From Roseateles sp. (GTDB lineage: Bacteria; Pseudomonadota; Gammaproteobacteria; Burkholderiales; Burkholderiaceae_C), in NCBI GenBank assembly GCA_044339175.1, contig JBIIVZ010000001.1:1-36304 (forward strand): a DNA stretch of 36,304 bases, in the 5' to 3' direction. Both the position numbers and the translations under genes were made by a program. The notes beneath the pieces are model-generated. The model searched no databases. It saw only the letters and a program-made list of their open reading frames with translations, and was not told where the DNA came from. Shown here piece after piece: positions 1 to 11,538 of the stretch. Position 1 is the first letter of the stretch. Every line of letters starts with the position of its first letter.

Positions 1-141
1 CATATCGAGTCCTTCGACCAGTACGTGGTGTTGCTGCGTAACACCGTGACACAGATGGTCTACAAGCATGCCATCTCCACCGTGGTGCCTGGTCGTGCAG
101 TGAATTTCCATACGGCCGACGGCGCCGACGAAGCTTCTTGA
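1..141 (+). CDS. hfq: RNA chaperone Hfq, 3' part (truncated by window start)
   Basis: Frame 1 reads [36 protein letters not shown]...*, with Sm1/Sm2 motifs (YKHAIST); directly upstream of hflX. Confidence 0.97.
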   Translation, partial: HIESFDQYVVLLRNTVTQMVYKHAISTVVPGRAVNFHTADGADEAS

Positions 142-172
142 GCGCCGGGTTGATGCTCCGTCGCCTAGCGTC

Positions 173-1459
173 TTGAGTTCCTCCTTCACAAGTCCGGCGT
201 CGCCTCCTCTGGATGAGGCGAGGGCTATTCTGGTCGGGGTCGATTTCGGTCGATCCTCCGCGTCCTCCTTCGATGCCACTTTGGACGAGTTGGCTTTGCT
301 GGCCGAGTCAGCCGGCGACACGCCCGTGGCGCGAGTGATCGCCCGTCGGCAAGCCCCCGATGCCGCCTTGTTTGTGGGTTCGGGAAAGGCGGACGAAATC
401 AAGCTGTTGGTGCAGGCGCACCAAGCTCACACGGTCCTGTTTGACCAGGCCATCTCGCCGGCGCAGCAGCGCAATCTCGAGCGCGTGCTGGGCGTGCCGG
501 TCGCCGACCGTACAGCATTGATTCTTGAAATCTTCGCTGCGCGGGCGCAAAGCCACGAGGGCAAGATGCAGGTCGAACTGGCGCGTCTGCAGTATCTGGC
601 TACGCGTTTGGTGCGCCGCTGGAGCCACCTTGAGCGTCAAAGCGGCGGCATTGGCATGCGCGGCGGCCCCGGTGAGGCGCAGATCGAGTTGGACCGTCGG
701 ATGATCGACGACCGCATCAAGACGATCAAAGAGAAGCTGAAAAAAGTACAGCGCCAGCGCAGTACCCAGCAGCGCGCACGGGCTCGCAACGGTGTGTTCC
801 GTGTCTCGTTGGTCGGCTACACCAATGCAGGTAAATCAACGCTGTTCAACGCGCTGGTGAAGGCTCGTGCCTTTGCCGCCAATCAGCTCTTCGCGACCCT
901 GGACACGACCACCCGTTCTTTCTATCTTGAGCAGGCCGGCACCAGCGTTTCGTTGTCGGATACGGTCGGTTTTATTCGCGACTTGCCGCACAAATTGGTC
1001 GAGGCCTTCCGAGCGACATTGCAAGAAGCGGCAGATGCCGATCTGTTGTTGCATGTGGTGGACGCTGCGTCGCCGATGCTGGCTGAGCAGATGGATGAGG
1101 TCGAGCGGGTGCTGCATGAAATTGGTGCCGGTTCGATTCCGCAGGTGTTGGTCTACAACAAGACCGATATGCTCGACGAAAGCCAGCTTCCGCGCGTGTT
1201 GCAAGATTGGATCGAACGTCCTGGCGATGGCGGCGGCGGGGCTCGGGTGCCGCGCGTTTTTGTCAGTGCATTGGACGGCAGTGGTCTCGATTTGCTGCGT
1301 CAGCAGATTGTCGAGGCCTTGCAAACCGCACCCGACTATTCTGGCAAGCCCTTGAATTCTCACGACTTCCCCCCAGTTGGCGAAGTGGAGTTTGATTCAG
1401 AAAAACCCCTGCTGGCGTCCGATCCGGATGCCGCAGCAAACGATAACAACCAGGCATGA
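173..1459 (+). CDS. hflX: Ribosome rescue GTPase HflX
   Basis: GYTNAGKS (G1), FATLDTT (G2), DTVG (G3), NKTD (G4), RGGPGEAQIELDRR; hfq-hflX-hflK-hflC synteny. The TTG start is uncertain. Confidence 0.96.
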   Translation: MSSSFTSPASPPLDEARAILVGVDFGRSSASSFDATLDELALLAESAGDTPVARVIARRQAPDAALFVGSGKADEIKLLVQAHQAHTVLFDQAISPAQQRNLERVLGVPVADRTALILEIFAARAQSHEGKMQVELARLQYLATRLVRRWSHLERQSGGIGMRGGPGEAQIELDRRMIDDRIKTIKEKLKKVQRQRSTQQRARARNGVFRVSLVGYTNAGKSTLFNALVKARAFAANQLFATLDTTTRSFYLEQAGTSVSLSDTVGFIRDLPHKLVEAFRATLQEAADADLLLHVVDAASPMLAEQMDEVERVLHEIGAGSIPQVLVYNKTDMLDESQLPRVLQDWIERPGDGGGGARVPRVFVSALDGSGLDLLRQQIVEALQTAPDYSGKPLNSHDFPPVGEVEFDSEKPLLASDPDAAANDNNQA

Positions 1460-2757
1460 GCATGAACACCTTTGAGCCCGTGAGCGCCGCGCAGCGAATG
1501 AAACCGCTGGCACGCGCAACACAAGCCCTTCTGTCCCGCTTGTTGCAGTCCGCCGGCTGGCGCGCAGGCCGGCATCAGAGCAATGGCCGCAATGACGGCC
1601 CGCCTGATTTGGATGAGCTGTGGCGTGACTTCAATCGCAAGCTGACAGGTATGTTTGGCGGCGGCAAAGGTCCCGGCGACAAACCCGGTGGCAATAACTC
1701 CGGTGGTGGTGGCAACAACTTCCAACCGGACATGAAGAGCGCAGGCATCGGTGCCGGTTTGATCGGCGGTGTCGTGCTGCTGGGTTGGTTGGGTAGCGGC
1801 TTTTTTATCGTCCAGGAAGGTCAGCAAGCGGTCGTCACTACATTCGGCAAGTACAGCAAGACGGTGGAGGCCGGCTTCCAGTGGCGCTTGCCTTACCCGT
1901 TTCAAGGGAATGAAATCGTCTCGGTGACGCAGTTGCGTCAGGTCGAGGTGGGTCGCAATGCTGTCGTTCCGGCGACGGGTTTGCGCGACTCATCCATGTT
2001 GACTCAAGACGAGAACATCGTGGACATCCGCTTTACCGTGCAGTTCACGCTGAAGAACGCGCGTGATTATTTGTACGAAAACCGGCTGCCCGATGAGGCC
2101 GTGGTGCTGGCTGCGGAGTCGGCCGTGCGTGAAATTGTCGGTAAAAGCAAGATGGATTCCGTGCTTTACGAGCAGCGCGATGCGATCGCTATCGAACTGG
2201 TGAAGTCGGTGCAAAACCAGTTGGATCGCTTGAAGACCGGCATTCTGGTGAATAACGTCAACGTGCAGAACGTGCAGCCGCCGGAGCAGGTGCAAGCCGC
2301 TTTCGATGATGCCTTCAAGGCGGGTGCCGACCTTGAGCGCCTGAAGAACGAAGGCCAGGCCTACGCCAATGATGTGATTCCAAAAGCGCAAGGAACGTCA
2401 GCGCGCTTGATGGAAGAGGCTGAGGGCTACAAAGCGCGCGTCGTGGCACAGGCTGAGGGTGATGCGCAGCGCTTCAGAAGCGTCTTGACCGAGTATCAAA
2501 AGGCACCCGGCGTGACCCGCGACCGCCTGTACATCGACACCATGCAGCAGGTTTATTCCAACGTCAGCAAAGTGATGGTGGACAGCCGCAGTGGTTCCAA
2601 CCTGCTGTATTTGCCGCTCGACAAGCTGATGCAGCAAACCGGCAGCTCGGTCACCACGACATTGCCGATGGTAGCCCCGGGTACAGAAAATCCAGCCCCG
2701 GCCGCAAGCACCGATGTGCGCGCGCGCGACGGCCTGCGTAGCCGCGACGGCCGTTGA
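1456..2757 (+). CDS. hflK: FtsH protease modulator HflK (SPFH domain)
   Basis: GPPDLDELWRDFN N-terminal motif, one TM segment, SPFH domain (MLTQDENIVD, AFDDA, YANDVIP). Exact start uncertain. Confidence 0.96.
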   Translation: MSMNTFEPVSAAQRMKPLARATQALLSRLLQSAGWRAGRHQSNGRNDGPPDLDELWRDFNRKLTGMFGGGKGPGDKPGGNNSGGGGNNFQPDMKSAGIGAGLIGGVVLLGWLGSGFFIVQEGQQAVVTTFGKYSKTVEAGFQWRLPYPFQGNEIVSVTQLRQVEVGRNAVVPATGLRDSSMLTQDENIVDIRFTVQFTLKNARDYLYENRLPDEAVVLAAESAVREIVGKSKMDSVLYEQRDAIAIELVKSVQNQLDRLKTGILVNNVNVQNVQPPEQVQAAFDDAFKAGADLERLKNEGQAYANDVIPKAQGTSARLMEEAEGYKARVVAQAEGDAQRFRSVLTEYQKAPGVTRDRLYIDTMQQVYSNVSKVMVDSRSGSNLLYLPLDKLMQQTGSSVTTTLPMVAPGTENPAPAASTDVRARDGLRSRDGR

Positions 2758-2774
2758 GACTCAGGAGCCTATTG

Positions 2775-3677
2775 ATGAACCGTATTGCAACTTTCGTCGC
2801 TGGTGCCTTGATTGTTCTGATGTTGGCCAGCTCCATGCTGTTCATCGTCGACCAGCGCCAATTCGCCGTGATTTACGCCCTGGGCGAGATCAAGGAGGTC
2901 GTCACCGAACCCGGCTTGAAGTTCAAGCTGCCGCCTCCGCTGCAAAACTACGTGTTGCTGGATCGTCGCGTGCAAACGCTGGACAGTCCGGAGTCGCGCC
3001 CGATTTTCACCGCCGAGAAAAAGAGCTTGGTGATTGATTGGCTGGTCAAGTGGCGCGTCTCCGATCCGCGCCAGTTCATCCGCAACAGCGGCTCGGACAT
3101 GCGCAATGTCGAGAACCGACTGAGCCCGGTGGTGCAGGCTGCGTTCAACGAGGAGGTGACCAAGCGAACCGTGCTCGCCGTTCTTGCTACCGAGCGTGAA
3201 AAGGTCATGAACGATGTTCGTAAGCGCCTGGACGAAGAAGCCAAGCAGTTCGGCATCGAGATCGTCGACGTGCGGATCAAGCGTGTCGACTTCGCGGCGA
3301 ACATCACCGACGCGGTCTACCGACGTATGGAATCCGAACGCAAGCGCGTGGCCAATGAGTTGCGCTCGACCGGCGGTGCCGATGGCGAGAAGATTCGTGC
3401 CGATGCTGATCGGCAGCGTGAAGTCATCGTCGCTGAAGCGTATCGCGATGCTCAAAAGATCAAGGGCGAAGGCGATGCCAAAGCCTCGGCGCTGTATGCC
3501 GACGCCTTTGGCCGCGATCCTCAATTTGCACAGTTCTATCGTTCGCTGGAGGCTTATCGCACCAGTTTTCGCAGCAAGACTGATGTGATGGTGGTCGACC
3601 CGAGCAGTGATTTCTTCAAGGCCATGCGTGGCGCTGGCGCTACTGGTTCTTCCCCCGCGCCTGCACCTCGCAAGTAA
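2775..3677 (+). CDS. hflC: FtsH protease modulator HflC
   Basis: N-terminal TM, EPGLKFKLP, DVRIKRVD, RMESER, FYRSLEAY. ATG 2775 follows AGGAG at 2763-2767. Confidence 0.96.
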   Translation: MNRIATFVAGALIVLMLASSMLFIVDQRQFAVIYALGEIKEVVTEPGLKFKLPPPLQNYVLLDRRVQTLDSPESRPIFTAEKKSLVIDWLVKWRVSDPRQFIRNSGSDMRNVENRLSPVVQAAFNEEVTKRTVLAVLATEREKVMNDVRKRLDEEAKQFGIEIVDVRIKRVDFAANITDAVYRRMESERKRVANELRSTGGADGEKIRADADRQREVIVAEAYRDAQKIKGEGDAKASALYADAFGRDPQFAQFYRSLEAYRTSFRSKTDVMVVDPSSDFFKAMRGAGATGSSPAPAPRK

Positions 3678-3698
3678 GTAAGTAAGTAAGTAAGTAAG
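3672..3698. repeat. Tetranucleotide tandem repeat (AAGT)6+AAG overlapping the hflC stop
   Basis: aagtaagtaagtaagtaagtaagtaag read directly from the sequence. Confidence 0.95.
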
Positions 3699-3723
3699 GC
3701 ATTCCGCATTTGCGTCTGGAGAC

Positions 3724-3908
3724 GTCGGCACAGTGTTTCAAGCGCAGGCTTTGATGTGGGTGCTGGAGGGGCTGCGGCCCCTCCTCAGCCGAGTGTTGTG
3801 GACGCAAGTTTTGCGCACATGCTGGCGCTGAGCGATGGTCAGGTCCGTTTTGTGGGGTTGGCCAGCATCCTGGGCGGACTCACGCGCGTGCTGATTTTTT
3901 GGCCTTAA
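3724..3908 (+). pseudogene. DUF2065 (YjeT-like) small membrane protein, frameshifted
   Basis: One frame gives ...ALMWVLEGLRPLLSRVLWTQV and another gives (F)AHMLALSDGQVRFVGLASILGG...FWP*. Adding one T to the T4 run at 3809-3812 joins them. This is the family's usual position between hflC and hisZ/purA. Confidence 0.8.
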
Positions 3909-3926
3909 GCTTGCCGTGACGGCAGT

Positions 3927-3954
3927 CTGACGGCCTGTAACCGGCCGGTACAAT
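3927..3954 (+). promoter_or_regulatory. Putative sigma70 promoter for hisZ-purA
   Basis: CTGACG (3927-3932), 16-bp spacer, TACAAT (3949-3954), about 30 nt before the hisZ ATG. Confidence 0.4.
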
Positions 3955-3983
3955 GCTGGTTTTAACCGCTCCCCAAAAATCAC

Positions 3984-6526
<2,543 letters not shown>

Positions 6527-6587
6527 ATTTCTGGCAGTTCCAGAAATCCATCTTCAACAACAAGACATCTGGCAGGAGTTCCCCATC

Positions 6588-7109
6588 ATGTTGACCGACG
6601 ACGGCAAGCATCTCTACGTATCTTGGGATGAGTACCACATGCTGACTGAGCGCCTGGCGCTCAAGATTCACGCTTCAGGGTGGGAGTTTGACCAGATTCT
6701 GTGCCTGGCCCGTGGTGGCATGCGGCCGGGCGATGTGTTGTCGCGAGTCTTCGACAAGCCGCTGGGCATCATGTCGACCAGTTCCTACCGTGCCGAGGCC
6801 GGCACGATCCAGGGGCGGCTTGACATCGCGAAGTACATCACCATGCCGCAGGGCGAGTTGGCTGGGCGCGTTTTGCTGGTGGACGATTTGGCGGACTCGG
6901 GTGTCACGCTGAAAGCTGTCGTCGAGCGTCTGCGCGGCATGCCGGCAATTCGTGAGCTGCGCTCGGCGGTCCTGTGGACGAAGGGGGTCTCGGCTTACAC
7001 GCCCGACTACTACGTCGAGATGCTGGAAAGCAGCCCTTGGATTCATCAGCCGTTTGAAGAGTACGACGATCTGCGGCCTGACGCGCTGGCCAAGAAATTT
7101 GTGGTTTAA
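6588..7109 (+). CDS. Type I phosphoribosyltransferase (xanthine/guanine PRT-like)
   Basis: CLARGG loop, PRPP-binding motif VLLVDDLADSGVT, WIHQPFE; SD AGGAG upstream. Confidence 0.9.
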   Translation: MLTDDGKHLYVSWDEYHMLTERLALKIHASGWEFDQILCLARGGMRPGDVLSRVFDKPLGIMSTSSYRAEAGTIQGRLDIAKYITMPQGELAGRVLLVDDLADSGVTLKAVVERLRGMPAIRELRSAVLWTKGVSAYTPDYYVEMLESSPWIHQPFEEYDDLRPDALAKKFVV

Positions 7110-7116
7110 GTCAGAT

Positions 7117-7156
7117 CGGTTAGTCTTGCGAAACAAAATGAAAGCAAGGCGACCGA
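7117..7156 (+). terminator. Stem-loop downstream of the phosphoribosyltransferase
   Basis: tcggtt-a-gtcttgc pairs with gcaaggc-gaccga (13 bp including G-U) around an A-rich loop; no strong U tract. Confidence 0.35.
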
Positions 7157-7352
7157 CTTGAAATTATTGTTGCAGGGGGCGGAACTTGGCGGATCTCGCT
7201 CAAGCGTGGGTCGTGTGAAGGCGATGCACAGGCAACTCGGCTCGGTCATTGAGTTGCATGGCAATCCGCGAGCCTTTGCCCATCTGCCTCGCCCAGCACC
7301 GCAGCCTACCGTCGGCCACTTCATTCATGGCGCAGTTACAAGTTCAGGCTCA

Positions 7353-7406
7353 TTCATCGGCGCACTCGTTGATGCACTTACTGATGCACTTACTGATGCA
7401 TTCATC
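7353..7406. repeat. Degenerate 12-bp tandem repeat
   Basis: ttcatcggcgca / ctcgttgatgca / cttactgatgca / cttactgatgca / ttcatc. Confidence 0.75.
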
Positions 7407-7430
7407 CGCTTGGTTGCTGGATCGCGAGCT

Positions 7431-7466
7431 AAAACGCAAATGGCCAGCATTTGCATGCTGGCCATT
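7431..7466 (-). terminator. Intrinsic terminator downstream of tRNA-Leu
   Basis: Perfect 12-bp stem AATGGCCAGCAT-gcaa-ATGCTGGCCATT followed by TGCGTTTT on the minus strand, 6 nt after the tRNA CCA. Confidence 0.75.
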
Positions 7467-7472
7467 CTTGTT

Positions 7473-7557
<85 letters not shown>

Positions 7558-7574
7558 ATTTCAGGAAAAGAAGG

Positions 7575-7604
7575 ATCCTATCATCAAAAATATCAAAAAC
7601 GCAA
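7575..7604 (-). promoter_or_regulatory. Putative tRNA-Leu promoter overlapping the rnr 5' end
   Basis: Minus strand: TTGCGT, 18-bp AT-rich spacer ending in TGA, then TAGGAT, about 17 nt before the tRNA. Confidence 0.45.
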
Positions 7605-7606
7605 AT

Positions 7607-10009
7607 GTGGCACCGCAAGAAGGTGCCAGCCTGTTGACCGAGGTCGAAGGCACGCTGCAAGGCCACCGCGACGGACATGGCTTCTTGCTGCCTGATGTCG
7701 GCGCGCAAGACATCTATTTGTCTCATCAAGAAATGCATGCGGTCATGCATGGCGACCGATTGCGCGTGCGCATCACTCGTTACGACAAGCGCGGCCGCCC
7801 GGAGGGCAAGGTGCTGGAAATTCTTGAGCGCAAGAAGAAGCCCATCATCGGCCGCTTGCTGCTGGAATCCGGCATCTGGCTGGTGGCCCCGGAAGACAAG
7901 CGCATGGGTCAAGACATCCTGATCCCGAAGCACGCCACGGCCAACGCGGTGGCGGGGCAGGTGGTGGCGGTTGAGTTGAGTGAGCCGCCGTCGCTTTATT
8001 CGCAGCCGGTCGGTCGCGTGGTCGAGGTGCTGGGCGAGATTGACGACCCCGGCATGGAGATCGAAATTGCAGTGCGCAAATACGAGGTACCGCATCGCTT
8101 CAGCCCGCTGACGTTGGCGCAAGCGGCCAAGTTGCCGGAGAAGCTGCGTGCCGCTGACCTGAAGCATCGCGTCGATTTGCGCGATGTGGCTCTGGTGACG
8201 ATTGACGGCGAAGACGCGCGTGACTTTGACGACGCGGTGTATTGCGAACCCCACAAGCAGGGGCGCGGTAAAACGGCCTTCAATGGTTGGCGTTTGCTGG
8301 TGGCGATTGCGGACGTCAGCCATTACGTGACGCCGGGCGAGCCGCTTGATGCCGATGCCTACGAGCGCGCCACCTCGGTGTACTTCCCGCGCCGCGTCAT
8401 TCCAATGCTGCCGGAGAAGATCTCCAACGGTTTGTGCTCGCTGATCCCGTACGAAGACCGCTTGTCGATGGTCTGCGACATGTTGGTCACGCAGACCGGT
8501 GAGGTGCAGGCCTATCAGTTCTACCCGGCTGTGATCCGCTCGCACGCCCGCTTCACTTACACCGAGGTGGCGGCCGTGCTGGCTAATACCCACGGACCGG
8601 AAGCTGCCAAGCGGAAGGATCTGGTGCCGCATCTGTTGCATCTGCACGAGGTTTATCGCGCGCTGTTGGCCGAGCGCGGCCGGCGCGGTGCGATCGACTT
8701 CGATACCGTCGAGACGCAAATTGTTTGCGATGACAACGGCCGCATCGAAAAAATCATTCCCCGCACGCGCAACGAGGCGCATCGCCTGATCGAGGAGGCG
8801 ATGCTGGCGGCCAATGTGTGCGCTGCCGACTTCATCGCCGAATCCAAGCACGGCTCCCTATTCCGCGTGCACGAGGGCCCGACGGCGGAAAAGCGGGTGG
8901 CGCTGCAGGCCTATCTGCGCGCGCTGGGCTTGGGGCTGTCGATCAGCGACACGCCGACGCCGGCTGAATATCAAGCGGTGGCGGCGGCCACCAAAGACAG
9001 GCCGGACTCGACGCAGATCCATTCGATGTTGCTGCGCTCGATGCAACAAGCGATTTACACGTCGGCCAATGCGGGTCACTTCGGCTTGTCCTATCTGGCT
9101 TACACCCATTTCACCAGCCCGATCCGGCGTTACCCCGATTTGTTGGTGCACCGCGTGATCAAGGCCATCTTGGCTGGCAAGCGCTACCACCTGGATGCCG
9201 GCAAGATGGATGTGCCGATGCCAGCTAAGCGCCCGGGCCGCGCAGCCCCGATGGACCCGGCCAAAGCGTCCACCGAGATCGAGCGCTGGGATGTGGTGGG
9301 TGCGCATTGCAGCGCCAATGAACGGCGCGCGGACGAAGCCTCGCGGGACGTCGAAGCCTGGCTCAAGTGCCGCTACATGCGCGAGCACCTGGGCGAGGAG
9401 TTTGCCGGCACCGTCAGCGCAGTGACCAGTTTTGGTCTGTTCGTGATCCTGGATTCGCTCTATGTCGAAGGGCTGATCCACATCACGGAGTTGGGCGGCG
9501 AGTATTACCGCTTTGACGAGTTGCGGCAGGAGCTGCGCGGTGAGCGCAGCGGCGTGCGCTATGCCACCGGAGCCCACGTTCAGGTGCAGGTCAGCCGCGT
9601 TGATCTGGATGGCCGCAAGATTGATTTCCGCCTCGTCAACGAGCATGAGGAGGCCAAGCCGGCCGGCCGCGGTCAGCGTTCCGCAACCGCCGGTGCTGCG
9701 ACGGACCGAGTGAGCCAAAGCGGCAACGGCAACGGCCATGGCAATAACGGCGCTCTCACGGCGACCGATGAGCTCGACCAAGTCTTGCGCACCGATCGAG
9801 AGGTCAAGAGTCGTGGCAAGGCAGCGCGCAGCAGCGGCAAACAGCCCCGCATCACGGCGGCTGCGCACCCGGTGCAAGCGGCCCGTCAAGCGGCTCGTTC
9901 TGCCAAGCCAGCAGGCAAACCTGCGGGCAAGGCGGCCGGCAAGGGTGCCGGCAAGGGGGCAGGCAAAGCCAGTCAGGCGGCAGAGCCGCGCACGCGCAAG
10001 CGGCGCTGA
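7607..10009 (+). CDS. rnr: Ribonuclease R
   Basis: GHRDGHGF cold-shock domain, RNB motifs TIDGEDARDFDDA, IEEAMLAAN, YTHFTSPIRRYPDLLVHR, S1 domain, basic tail. Start uncertain (GTG 7607, TTG 7634, or ATC 7580/7583); the ORF-track start 7451 lies across the tRNA. Confidence 0.95.
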   Translation: MAPQEGASLLTEVEGTLQGHRDGHGFLLPDVGAQDIYLSHQEMHAVMHGDRLRVRITRYDKRGRPEGKVLEILERKKKPIIGRLLLESGIWLVAPEDKRMGQDILIPKHATANAVAGQVVAVELSEPPSLYSQPVGRVVEVLGEIDDPGMEIEIAVRKYEVPHRFSPLTLAQAAKLPEKLRAADLKHRVDLRDVALVTIDGEDARDFDDAVYCEPHKQGRGKTAFNGWRLLVAIADVSHYVTPGEPLDADAYERATSVYFPRRVIPMLPEKISNGLCSLIPYEDRLSMVCDMLVTQTGEVQAYQFYPAVIRSHARFTYTEVAAVLANTHGPEAAKRKDLVPHLLHLHEVYRALLAERGRRGAIDFDTVETQIVCDDNGRIEKIIPRTRNEAHRLIEEAMLAANVCAADFIAESKHGSLFRVHEGPTAEKRVALQAYLRALGLGLSISDTPTPAEYQAVAAATKDRPDSTQIHSMLLRSMQQAIYTSANAGHFGLSYLAYTHFTSPIRRYPDLLVHRVIKAILAGKRYHLDAGKMDVPMPAKRPGRAAPMDPAKASTEIERWDVVGAHCSANERRADEASRDVEAWLKCRYMREHLGEEFAGTVSAVTSFGLFVILDSLYVEGLIHITELGGEYYRFDELRQELRGERSGVRYATGAHVQVQVSRVDLDGRKIDFRLVNEHEEAKPAGRGQRSATAGAATDRVSQSGNGNGHGNNGALTATDELDQVLRTDREVKSRGKAARSSGKQPRITAAAHPVQAARQAARSAKPAGKPAGKAAGKGAGKGAGKASQAAEPRTRKRR

Positions 10010-10031
10010 TTCGGGCTGCTCGCTGGCTTTG

Positions 10032-11528
10032 TCAAACCGGCGTGTGGAGCGCGTACATGCGCTCCACCAGATCGGCGGCACGCAGCGGGCCGGCGGCTTG
10101 GGTTTCTCCTGCTTGGCCGTGCCAGCAGCAGGCTGCGCTGGCCAGTGCGTGCGAGTCAGCCTGTGGCCGCTGTGCCCACAGGCCAGCCAGCCAGCCAGCC
10201 AGCACATCCCCGGTGCCCGCGCTGGCCAGGGCAGCGCTGCCGCTGGCGTTGATGGATAAAGTTCGGCCGGGTGTGGCAATCAGGCTGCCCGAACCTTTCA
10301 AAATGACCGTGCAGGCAAATTGCTCGGCCAGGACTCGGGCCGCCGTCAAACGATCGGCTTGCACCTCAGCACTGCCGCAGCCCAGTAGTCGGGCGGCTTC
10401 GAGCGGGTGCGGGGTCAAGATCGTGGCTTGCCCCTGAGCGGCACGCTGGCTCAGCAGCAAGCGCAAGTGCGTATCGGCAGCCACCGCGTTCAAGCCGTCC
10501 GCATCCAGGACCAGGCGTCGGGCTTGGCTGAGCAGTCGCGGTAACTGCGATGCGACGCCGCTGCCGCCGCCGCAGCCGCAGACCACGGTCATTTCCTGCC
10601 AGGCCGAATCTGCGGTCCAGCGTTCGGCCGACCACTGCATCAGCTCGGCGCGTTGTGGGTCGACTTCGGTGACTTGCGGGTCGAGCAAATGAAGGTAGAC
10701 ACGGCCGGCACCTGCGGCCAAGGCGGCGCGGCCAGCCAAGCGAGCCGCACCGAGCATGCCGCTGGCTCCGCCCAACACCAACACGTCGCCGTGGCTGCCT
10801 TTGTGGTGGGCTGCGTTGCGGGCTTGCCGCCAATCGGCCATGCAGTCGGTGCCGAGCAGCAGGGCATCGGGCATGTGCTCGAGCGCGACCCCCAAATCTT
10901 CAAACCAGAGCTCGCCGCAATGAGCGCGGCCCTGCGCGGTGAAAAGCCCGGGTTTCAGCGTCAGCAGCGCTAGCGTGTGCTGCGCATGCAGCGCTTGCTC
11001 GCCAGCCAAGGCACCGCTGTCGGCCAACAGTCCGCTCGGTAAATCGACCGCCAGACGCGGTGCGCTCAGTCCGTTCATGCGATCGATGGCGGCCGCCATG
11101 CGGGCACCGGGCGGGCGGCTCAGGCCCAGGCCCAGCAGCGCGTCGATGGTCAGGGCCACCTGTGGCGGTGCTTCCAGCTCGCGGGCGATCGGCACTCCCG
11201 CCTGTTGCGCGGCTTGCAAAGCGGCCTGCGCATCCGGCGGCACGGGCCGGTCGGCATCGATCAAACTGACCTGCACCGCTTGGCCGCAGCTGTGCAGCTG
11301 CCGCGCCGCCACCAAACCATCGCCGCCATTGTTGCCAGGTCCGCAGACGATCCAGATGACGCCTTGGCGCGCAGGCTGTAGGACCAGCGCCAGCCGGGCC
11401 ACGCTCAGGCCGGCCCGCTCCATCAATGTCGACGTCGGCAAACCGACCAGCGCTTCGGCTTCGATGGCGCGGCTGCTGGCCACGTTGAACAGCGGTCTGG
11501 TAACGGGGTTGGGCAGAACTTTTTGCAT
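10032..11528 (-). CDS. nnr: Bifunctional NAD(P)H-hydrate epimerase/dehydratase (YjeF/Nnr)
   Basis: LMERAG, CGPGNNGGDG, AVDLPSG, HKGSHGDVLVLGG, VLDADGL, LTPHPLEAARLL, AGTGDVLAG. ATG 11528 follows GGAG. Confidence 0.93.
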   Translation of the reverse strand: MQKVLPNPVTRPLFNVASSRAIEAEALVGLPTSTLMERAGLSVARLALVLQPARQGVIWIVCGPGNNGGDGLVAARQLHSCGQAVQVSLIDADRPVPPDAQAALQAAQQAGVPIARELEAPPQVALTIDALLGLGLSRPPGARMAAAIDRMNGLSAPRLAVDLPSGLLADSGALAGEQALHAQHTLALLTLKPGLFTAQGRAHCGELWFEDLGVALEHMPDALLLGTDCMADWRQARNAAHHKGSHGDVLVLGGASGMLGAARLAGRAALAAGAGRVYLHLLDPQVTEVDPQRAELMQWSAERWTADSAWQEMTVVCGCGGGSGVASQLPRLLSQARRLVLDADGLNAVAADTHLRLLLSQRAAQGQATILTPHPLEAARLLGCGSAEVQADRLTAARVLAEQFACTVILKGSGSLIATPGRTLSINASGSAALASAGTGDVLAGWLAGLWAQRPQADSHALASAACCWHGQAGETQAAGPLRAADLVERMYALHTPV

Positions 11529-11538
11529 CGCTGCTCCT

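Noticed and set aside
10182-10203. (GCCA)5 repeat in nnr as a phase-variation tract
   Set aside because: It encodes VLAGWLAG next to the conserved GDVLAG motif, the frame is intact, and the codons explain it.
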